Positions 57,177 to 64,000 of a DNA stretch of 64,000 nt are shown one piece after another (the first letter of the stretch is position 1; each line of letters begins with the position of its first letter). Position numbers and translations under genes: made by a program. The stretch is from Pseudomonadota bacterium (lineage in GTDB: Bacteria; Pseudomonadota; Alphaproteobacteria; Rickettsiales; UBA3002), in contig JAZKJM010000003.1 in assembly GCA_040384265.1 (NCBI GenBank), positions 207,919-271,918 on the forward strand, given 5' to 3'. The notes under the pieces were generated by a model, which saw only the letters and a program-made list of their open reading frames with translations, did not search any database and was not told the DNA's origin.

Positions 57177-58754
57177 ATGCAACCATCCGTCGCGGTGATT
57201 GGCTGTGGCTACTGGGGTAAGAACCTGGTGCGCAGCTTTGCAAAATTAGGCGCGCTGGCGGCGGTGGCCGATGCGTATGCGCAAAATGCCCAGCGCATGT
57301 CGGCGGAATATGGCGTGCCGGTCGCCGAGATTGACGCGATCATGGCCGACCCGGCGATCAAGGGTGTGGTGATTGCAAGCCCGGCACCGACCCATGTGGC
57401 GCTCGCCACGCAGGCGCTGAAAGCGGGCAAGCATGTGTTTGTCGAAAAACCCCTCGCGCTGACGGTGGCGGAAGCCGAAACGCTGCGCGACGTGGCGCAG
57501 GATTGCGGCCGGGCGCTGATGGTCGGGCATTTGATGCAATACCACCCGCTGTATCGGGCATTGAAGGACATGGTGCGCGGCGGGGATTTCGGCACGATTC
57601 GCCATGTGTATTCCCACCGGTTGAACCTTGGCAAATTGCGCACGGAAGAAAACGTGCTGTGGAGCTTCGCGCCGCATGATTTATCGATGATGCTGGGGCT
57701 GATCGAGGGTGAGATGGTTGAGGTGTCGGCCAGCAGCATGACGGCGCTGACGCCGGGGGTGGCGGATATGGTGAGCGCCAGCTTCCGGTTCGATAGCGGC
57801 ACGGTGGCGCAGGTGATGGTGAGCTGGCTGCACCCGACCAAGGAACAGAAACTGGTGGTGGTCGGCGACCGCTGCATGGCGGTGCTGGATGACACGCAGC
57901 CATGGGAGAAGAAACTGGCGCTCTACCGCCACGCGATTACGTGGGATGGGGCGACGCCAACGCCGGTGAAGGCCGAGGCGGAATATGTGGCGGTGCCGCA
58001 AAGCGAGCCGCTGCTGAATGAATGTCAGCATTTCCTTGACGTGATGGGTGGCGCGGCCATTATCACGGATGCGGCGGAATCGATCCGCGTGCTGAAATCA
58101 TTGGCGGCGGCGGAAGCGGCGCTCGCAGCAGGAGGTGTGGTGAAGCAGAAAACACCGGTGATGGACGGCGTGACCATCCATGAGACGGCGGCGGTCGATG
58201 ACGGCTGCACCATCGGCAAGGGCACCAAAATCTGGCATTTCAGCCATATCCTGAAGGGCGTGACCATCGGCGAGAACTGCGTGATTTCGCAGAACGTGAT
58301 GATCGGCCCGGATGTGGTGGTCGGCGACCGCTGCAAAATTCAAAATAATGTCAGCCTCTATAAGGGCGTGACGCTGGAAGACGGCGTGTTCTGCGGCCCG
58401 TCCTGCGTGTTCACCAACGTCAACACGCCGCGCGCGGAGATTGAGCGCAAGGATGCCTATGCGCCGACCCGGGTGGGCAAGTGCGCGACCATTGGTGCGA
58501 ATGCGACGATTGTCTGCGGGCATGATATTGGCGCCTATGCGTTGATCGGTGCGGGTGCAGTGGTGACGAAAACAGTGAAGCCACACGCGCTGATGGTCGG
58601 CAATCCGGCGCAGCAGCTGGGCTGGGTGAGCCATGCGGGCGAGCGCCTTGGGGCGGACATGACCTGCCCGCGCGAAGGCCGTAAATATAACGTTGTAAAC
58701 GATGCATTGGTGGAGGTAACGGATGGTCAGTCCGCAAAAAAACATGTCGCCTAA
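57177..58754 (+). CDS. bifunctional Gfo/Idh/MocA oxidoreductase (WbpB-role) / hexapeptide N-acetyltransferase (WbpD-like)
   Basis: Residues about 1-330 are Gfo/Idh/MocA (VAVIGCGYWGKN, HVFVEKPLA). Residues about 345-525 are collinear with P. aeruginosa WbpD/Bordetella WlbB (IGDRCKIQNNVSLYKGVTLEDGVFCGPSCVFTNV, GANATIVCG, LMVGNPAQQLGW). Confidence 0.8.
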   Translation: MQPSVAVIGCGYWGKNLVRSFAKLGALAAVADAYAQNAQRMSAEYGVPVAEIDAIMADPAIKGVVIASPAPTHVALATQALKAGKHVFVEKPLALTVAEAETLRDVAQDCGRALMVGHLMQYHPLYRALKDMVRGGDFGTIRHVYSHRLNLGKLRTEENVLWSFAPHDLSMMLGLIEGEMVEVSASSMTALTPGVADMVSASFRFDSGTVAQVMVSWLHPTKEQKLVVVGDRCMAVLDDTQPWEKKLALYRHAITWDGATPTPVKAEAEYVAVPQSEPLLNECQHFLDVMGGAAIITDAAESIRVLKSLAAAEAALAAGGVVKQKTPVMDGVTIHETAAVDDGCTIGKGTKIWHFSHILKGVTIGENCVISQNVMIGPDVVVGDRCKIQNNVSLYKGVTLEDGVFCGPSCVFTNVNTPRAEIERKDAYAPTRVGKCATIGANATIVCGHDIGAYALIGAGAVVTKTVKPHALMVGNPAQQLGWVSHAGERLGADMTCPREGRKYNVVNDALVEVTDGQSAKKHVA

Positions 58755-60096
58755 ATTGGTAGGCGCGCCGGTCGATTTTGAAACGCTGCTGGCGCGGTTT
58801 GCGCAGTGCAAGGCGACGATCGGGATTATCGGCATGGGCTATGTCGGCTTCCCGCTGGCGCTGGCGACCCATGCGAAGGGCTTCGATGTGTTGGCGTTCG
58901 ATGTGGATGCAACCAAAATCGAAAAACTCAATGCCGGGAAATCCTATATCAAAGGCATTGCCGATGAGGCGATTGCGAGCGTGGTGGCGGCGGGCCGCTT
59001 CCATGCGACGGCGGATGTTGATGCGCTGAAAGCGGTGGATGCGCTGATTATGTGCGTGCCGACACCGCTGACCAAAAACCGCGAGCCGGATATGAGCTAT
59101 GTCGAGGCGACGACGGCGACGATTGCCTCCGTGCTGCGCCCCGGCCAACTGGTGGTGCTGGAATCGACGACCTATCCCGGCACCACGGCAGAGCTGATTG
59201 TGCCGATGCTGGAAGCGCAGGGCATGCGCTGTGGCGTGGATTTTTATGTCGCCTATTCGCCCGAGCGCGAGGATCCGGGCAACGGGTTCTTCTCGACCCA
59301 TTCGATCCCCAAAGTGGTGGGTGCGGATGATGCGAAATCGCTGAAGCTGGCGGAAGTGATGTATGGCAACATTGTCTCCAAAGCGGTGCCGGTGAGCAGC
59401 GCAGCGGCGGCGGAAGCGGTGAAGCTGACGGAAAATATTTTCCGCAGTGTCAACATCGCGCTCGTCAACGAGCTGAAAATTGTGTTCGAGAAAATGGGCA
59501 TCGATGTCTGGGAAGTTATCAACGCGGCGAAGACCAAGCCGTTTGGCTTCATGCCGTTTTACCCCGGCCCGGGTGTCGGTGGGCACTGCATTCCGATCGA
59601 TCCGTTTTACCTGACGTGGAAATCGCGCGAATACGGCATCCCGACGCGCTTTATCGAGCTGGCAGGCCAAATCAACGAACGCATGCCGGGCTATGTGATC
59701 GACCGCCTGCGCGAAGGGCTTGATAAGCATTACCGCAAGGGCCTCAATGGCTCGCGGATTCTGATGCTGGGCATTGCCTATAAAAAGAACGTCGATGATA
59801 TGCGCGAGTCGCCGCCGATTTTTATTTACGAGCGCTTGCTTGAAGCCGGGGCGGTGATGGAATTCCACGATCCGTATATTCCGGTGATTCCGATGACGCG
59901 CGAGCATGCCGGGCTGGCGGGGCTGGAATCCCAGCCGATTACCAAGGAGATGCTTGCGACGTACGATGCGGTGATTATCGCGACGGAGCACAGCTCGGTG
60001 GATTACGCATTTATTGTCGCTAACAGCAAACTGGTGGTGGATACGCGCAATGCGACCGCTGCGATTGAGGATAAGTCCCATGTCATTAAAGCCTAA
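58723..60096 (+). CDS. wbpA: UDP-N-acetyl-D-glucosamine 6-dehydrogenase
   Basis: Collinear with P. aeruginosa WbpA (IGMGYVG, CVPTPLTKNREPDMSYV, ESTTYPGTT, YSPEREDPGN, GGHCIPIDPFYLTWK, GIAYKKNVDDMRESP). GGAGG lies 6 nt upstream of ATG 58723. Confidence 0.8.
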   Translation: MVSPQKNMSPKLVGAPVDFETLLARFAQCKATIGIIGMGYVGFPLALATHAKGFDVLAFDVDATKIEKLNAGKSYIKGIADEAIASVVAAGRFHATADVDALKAVDALIMCVPTPLTKNREPDMSYVEATTATIASVLRPGQLVVLESTTYPGTTAELIVPMLEAQGMRCGVDFYVAYSPEREDPGNGFFSTHSIPKVVGADDAKSLKLAEVMYGNIVSKAVPVSSAAAAEAVKLTENIFRSVNIALVNELKIVFEKMGIDVWEVINAAKTKPFGFMPFYPGPGVGGHCIPIDPFYLTWKSREYGIPTRFIELAGQINERMPGYVIDRLREGLDKHYRKGLNGSRILMLGIAYKKNVDDMRESPPIFIYERLLEAGAVMEFHDPYIPVIPMTREHAGLAGLESQPITKEMLATYDAVIIATEHSSVDYAFIVANSKLVVDTRNATAAIEDKSHVIKA

Positions 60097-61249
60097 GCTG
60101 ATCGAAAAACCGGCGCGGATTGATTTCATTGATCTGGCGGCGCAGCAGGCGCGCATTCGCCCGCAGCTGGATGCGGCGATTACCAAGGTGCTGAACCATG
60201 GCGCCTATATCATGGGCCCGGAAGTGGCGGAGCTGGAGCGCCAGCTCTCGGCGTTCTGCGGTGCAAAATACACGCTCTCCTGCTCGAACGGCACGGATGC
60301 GATGAGCCTGGTGCTGATGGCCAAAAATGTCGGCCCGGGCGATGCGGTGCTGGTGCCGAGCTTCACCTTTGCGGCGACTGCCGAAGTGGTGGCGCTGCGC
60401 GGGGCGACACCGATTTTTATCGATAGCGATGCGAGCTTCAACATCGACCCGGCGCAGATTGATGCGGCAGTGGCGGTGGCGAAAAAGCAGGGGCTGAACC
60501 CGGTGGGGATCATTCCGGTGTATTTGTTCGGCCTGCCGCCGGATTATGCGCGCATTCACCCGCTGGCCGAGAAACATGGGCTGTGGGTGATGGGCGACGC
60601 GGCGCAAGGCTTTGGCAGCAGCATCGACGGCAAGCGCGCCGGGAGCCTGACCAGCGTGACGACGACGAGCTTCTTCCCGGCCAAGCCGCTGGGTTGCTAT
60701 GGCGATGGCGGCGCGGTGATGACGGATGACAAAGAACTGTTCGACATCATGGAATCGATCCGCGTGCATGGCAAAGGCACCGAGAAATACGACAATGTGC
60801 GCATCGGGCTGAATGGCCGCCTCGACACGTTGCAGGCAGCGATCCTGATCGAGAAACTGGCGATTTTTGCGGATGAAATTGCGCAGCGCCAACGTGTGGC
60901 GACGCGTTATAACGATGGCCTGCGCGATGTGATTACGACGCCGAGCGTGCCCGCGGGCCAGGTTTCGGCCTGGGCGCAATATACGTTGGTGTGCGCGGAT
61001 GCGGCGCAGCGCAGCGCCATTCAGGCGAGCCTGAAAGAAGCGGGCGTGCCGACGATGGTGTATTATCCCAAACCGTTGCACCAGCAGACGGCGTATAAGC
61101 ATTACCCGACCGCAACCGGCGGCGCGCTGCCGGTGTGCGAACAGGCGGCGCAATGCGTATTCAGCCTGCCAATGCATCCGTATCTCACCGACGCCACGCT
61201 CGATTACATCATCGACGCGACGCGCCGGGCGATTGCGCAACCGCGTTAG
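60080..61249 (+). CDS. wbpE: DegT/DnrJ/EryC1 aminotransferase (UDP-2-acetamido-2-deoxy-3-oxo-glucuronate aminotransferase-like)
   Basis: Start trimmed to ATG 60080 (GAGGA upstream). Collinear with P. aeruginosa WbpE (IDFIDLAAQQARI, NGTDA, TSFFPAKPLGCYGDGGA, RLDTLQAAIL, SLPMHPYL). Confidence 0.8.
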   Translation: MSLKPKLIEKPARIDFIDLAAQQARIRPQLDAAITKVLNHGAYIMGPEVAELERQLSAFCGAKYTLSCSNGTDAMSLVLMAKNVGPGDAVLVPSFTFAATAEVVALRGATPIFIDSDASFNIDPAQIDAAVAVAKKQGLNPVGIIPVYLFGLPPDYARIHPLAEKHGLWVMGDAAQGFGSSIDGKRAGSLTSVTTTSFFPAKPLGCYGDGGAVMTDDKELFDIMESIRVHGKGTEKYDNVRIGLNGRLDTLQAAILIEKLAIFADEIAQRQRVATRYNDGLRDVITTPSVPAGQVSAWAQYTLVCADAAQRSAIQASLKEAGVPTMVYYPKPLHQQTAYKHYPTATGGALPVCEQAAQCVFSLPMHPYLTDATLDYIIDATRRAIAQPR

Positions 61250-61258
61250 GAACCCGCT

Positions 61259-63205
61259 ATGTGTGGCATTGTAGGCGCTGTATCGCTTAGCTCGAAACCG
61301 GTGGAATCCCTCGCCGCACGGCTATCGGCGATGAGCACGCTGATTATCCATCGTGGGCCGGATGGGCACGGGCTGTGGACGCAGGAAAACCAGCGCGTGG
61401 GCTTTGCCCATCGCCGCCTTGCCATCATTGAACTGAGCGAGGCGGGCCACCAGCCGATGAAAGGCCGCGACGGTGCGATCATCACCTATAACGGCGAAAT
61501 TTATAACCATATCGAGCTACGCGACGAGCTGGAAGACGGCTGGTCGTTCCAATCGCATTCGGATACGGAAGTGATCCTCGCGGCGCATGCGAAATGGGGC
61601 ATGGATTGCCTGAGCCATTTGCGCGGCATGTTTGCGTTTGCGATCTGGAAAGACGACGCATTTTTTGCGGCGCGCGACCGCTTCGGCATCAAGCCGTTTT
61701 ACTATGCGGTGGTGGATGGCGTGTTCTATTTCGCCTCCGAGATCAAGGCGCTGCTGCCGGTGCTGCCCGACATCGAGACCGATCCGGAAGCGCTCGCCGA
61801 ATACCTGACCTTCCAATACACGATTGGCGACCGCAGCATGTTCAAGAACGTGCATGTGCTGATGCCGGGCCATGCGCTGACCATCTGCAAGGGCGAGCTG
61901 AATGTGTTCCGCTACTGGGATGTGCATTACGAGATTGATTACGACCATTCGCAGGAATGGTTTGTCGAGCAATTGCGCGAGCGGATGGATGAATCGGTGC
62001 GGCTGCATTCGCGCTCGGATGTGCCGGTGGGCGCCTATATTTCCGGCGGGATTGATTCGAGCCTTGTTGGCTACATGGCCGGGCAGTTGCCGCAATCGGC
62101 CAAGCTTGGCTTCCATGGGAAATTCACGGAATTCCCGGGCTATGACGAAAGCAATTACGCGCAGATGGCGTGCGACCATGCGGGTATTGAGCTGCACCAG
62201 ATCGATATCACGGCGGCGGATTTCCATGACCATATTGCGAAGGTGATTTACCATCTCGATCACCCGGTGGCGGGCCCCGGCGCGTTTCCGCAATATATGG
62301 TGTCCAAGTTGGCGTCGCAGCATGTGAAAGTGGTGCTGGGCGGGCAGGGCGGCGATGAGATTTTCGCAGGCTATGCGCGTTATTTGGTGGCGTATCTGGA
62401 GCAGTGCATCAAGGCGGCGATCGATGGCACCTATAAGAATAAATATTTCGTGGTGACGCCCGAATCGATCATCCAGAACCTGACGGTGCTGCAGGAATAC
62501 AAGCCGCTGATCCGCCAGTTTTTCAGCAAGGGTTTGTTTGAATCGATGGACCGCCGCTATATCCGCCTGATCGATAAATCGGCGGATATGCAGAATGAAG
62601 TGGACTGGGCGCAGCTGGATCGCGATGGCGTGATGAACCGCTTCCTCGGCATCTTCAATTCCTCGCGCAATGTCCATCCCGAGGCCTATCTCGATTCGAT
62701 GATGCATTTCGATTTCAAATGCCTGCTGCCCGCGTTGCTGCATGTGGAAGACCGCATGGCGATGGCGCATGGGATTGAAAGCCGCGTGCCGTTTCTCGAC
62801 CACCGGATTGTGGAATTCGCGGCGACGGTGCCGCCGATTTTCAAGTTCGAAGGTGGCAAGGTGAAGCAGATGCTGAAGGACACGTTCGCGGCGCATTTGC
62901 CCGAGCCGGTGCTGAATCGCCGCGATAAAATGGGCTTCCCGGTGCCGCTGAAAGAATGGTTCGCGGGTGATTTGAAAGAGCTGGTGGGCGATGTGTTCGC
63001 GACGCAGAAACAGCGCCACCGGCAGTATTTCAATACGGATGCGATCCTTGCCAATTTCAATGGCTCGGAGCAGTTCTCGCGTAAGGGCTGGGGGCTGCTG
63101 AGCATCGAGCTGTGGCACCAGCAGTTCCATGATAAAGCGGCGTCCTACCGCGACATGGTGAAGCAGCACGCGCCGCTGTCTGAAACGCTCGCCGCCAGCG
63201 CGTAG
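61259..63205 (+). CDS. asparagine synthase (glutamine-hydrolysing) family amidotransferase
   Basis: MCGIVG Ntn nucleophile and the PP-loop region GAYISGGIDSS. 648 aa, embedded in the glycan cluster. Confidence 0.85.
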   Translation: MCGIVGAVSLSSKPVESLAARLSAMSTLIIHRGPDGHGLWTQENQRVGFAHRRLAIIELSEAGHQPMKGRDGAIITYNGEIYNHIELRDELEDGWSFQSHSDTEVILAAHAKWGMDCLSHLRGMFAFAIWKDDAFFAARDRFGIKPFYYAVVDGVFYFASEIKALLPVLPDIETDPEALAEYLTFQYTIGDRSMFKNVHVLMPGHALTICKGELNVFRYWDVHYEIDYDHSQEWFVEQLRERMDESVRLHSRSDVPVGAYISGGIDSSLVGYMAGQLPQSAKLGFHGKFTEFPGYDESNYAQMACDHAGIELHQIDITAADFHDHIAKVIYHLDHPVAGPGAFPQYMVSKLASQHVKVVLGGQGGDEIFAGYARYLVAYLEQCIKAAIDGTYKNKYFVVTPESIIQNLTVLQEYKPLIRQFFSKGLFESMDRRYIRLIDKSADMQNEVDWAQLDRDGVMNRFLGIFNSSRNVHPEAYLDSMMHFDFKCLLPALLHVEDRMAMAHGIESRVPFLDHRIVEFAATVPPIFKFEGGKVKQMLKDTFAAHLPEPVLNRRDKMGFPVPLKEWFAGDLKELVGDVFATQKQRHRQYFNTDAILANFNGSEQFSRKGWGLLSIELWHQQFHDKAASYRDMVKQHAPLSETLAASA

Positions 63206-63209
63206 CGGC

Positions 63210-64000
63210 ATGGCGCGGATTGTTATTTTCAACTACGACCGCGCGATTGACCGGCGGGCGATATTGCAGTGCAACACGCTGCTGGCCCATGGCCATGACG
63301 TGACGCTTTACGCGCTTGCCCACACGGCGACAGCGGCCGACCCATCCTATGTGCGGCGCATTGGCGCGGCGGCGACGGATGCGCCGATGCCGCTGGCGCT
63401 GCGGCTGCGCCACGCGCTGCAGGCGCGGGTGCCGGGGTTGTTTCGCTTTTTGCTGCCGGTGCTGCGCTTTGCTTATTGGCAGGTGACGCGGGCCGATCCG
63501 GCGGCGTTGTATCTCGCGCTTTACCGCGACACGCTGGCGCAGGTGGGGGCGGCGGATCTGTATATTGCGCATGATTTGCCGATGCTGCCGGTGGCGCTCG
63601 AAGCCAAGCGTCGCTATGGCGGCAAGGTGCTCTATGACAGCCACGAGCTGTTTGCCGAGCAGGAATTTTCCGGCTTGGAAAAGCGCATGTGGCGGAAGCT
63701 CGAAGCGCGTATTATCAGCGGTGCGGATGGGGTGGTGACGGTGAATCCATCCATCGCGCATGTGCTGCAAACACGCTATGGGCTCAGTGACGTGGGCGTG
63801 GTTTATAACGCGGAGTGGTTGGCGGATGCGCCGCTGCGCAAGGGGCGGCTGTTCCACACGCTGCTGGGTTTGCCGCAGGCGGCGCGGGTGGTGCTCTATC
63901 AGGGCATGTTGTCGTATCACCGCAACCTCGATGGGCTGGTGCGGGCGATGGGTGCGGTGCGGGATGCGCATGTGCATCTGGTGCTGCTGGGCAGCGGTCC
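63210..64000 (+). CDS. glycosyltransferase family 4-like protein, 3' end outside window
   Basis: Not in the ORF track because there is no stop before the window end. My translation from ATG 63210: MARIVIFNYDRAIDRRAILQCNTLLAHGHDVTLYAL...YDSHELFAEQE...VTVNPSIAHVL...VVLYQGMLSYHRNLDGLVRAM...HLVLLGSG, a GT4-type pattern. Confidence 0.7.
   Translation, partial: MARIVIFNYDRAIDRRAILQCNTLLAHGHDVTLYALAHTATAADPSYVRRIGAAATDAPMPLALRLRHALQARVPGLFRFLLPVLRFAYWQVTRADPAALYLALYRDTLAQVGAADLYIAHDLPMLPVALEAKRRYGGKVLYDSHELFAEQEFSGLEKRMWRKLEARIISGADGVVTVNPSIAHVLQTRYGLSDVGVVYNAEWLADAPLRKGRLFHTLLGLPQAARVVLYQGMLSYHRNLDGLVRAMGAVRDAHVHLVLLGSG

Overview
This is a visibly high-G+C chromosomal segment with alphaproteobacterial gene content and synteny: yigA-like/xerC; lgt/NDUFAF7-like methyltransferase/pgeF; secB/Tim44-like/mltA/smr; rplY-pth-ychF; carA..carB-greA; yfgM-like/bamB/der. 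I call about 60 protein-coding genes, and almost all are housekeeping. They cover recombination and repair (xerC, uvrC, uvrB), envelope and lipoprotein biogenesis (hldD, lgt, pgsA, mltA, bamB), nucleotide and amino-acid metabolism (prs, proC, ilvE, carAB, guaA), translation (rplY, pth, ychF, der), redox (2-Cys peroxiredoxin, trxB), PHA turnover (phasin, PHA depolymerase) and an OmpR/EnvZ-like two-component pair. Accessory-type content comprises a Tad/Cpa pilus secretion operon (cpaB-C-D-E-F-tadB-tadC, minus strand, 40.3-48.2 kb), a Doc/AbrB-type toxin-antitoxin pair, a VirK/YbjX gene, and at the right edge an LPS/O-antigen cluster. That cluster holds an O-antigen ligase-like gene, a WbpA/WbpB-WbpD fusion/WbpE set for UDP-2,3-diacetamido-2,3-dideoxy-glucuronate, an AsnB-like amidotransferase and a GT4 glycosyltransferase that runs off the window. 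I saw no rRNA, tRNA, CRISPR array, transposase, integrase other than XerC, or phage genes. I did not find a convincing multi-gene novel system. The unusual signals are: (i) a dense mosaic of modular palindromic intergenic repeats, about 18 copies in at least five interrelated families; (ii) one repeat copy inserted in frame, with an apparent target-site duplication, into the signal-peptide coding region of bamB, with an inverted partner copy just after the bamB stop; (iii) a translationally coupled two-gene orphan cassette wedged between carA and carB; (iv) other AT-rich orphan genes interrupting conserved gene pairs; (v) a WbpB-WbpD gene fusion; (vi) several candidate regulatory sites. Coordinates of alternative starts, and all functional inferences, come from reading the translated ORFs and motifs. 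No database searches were run.
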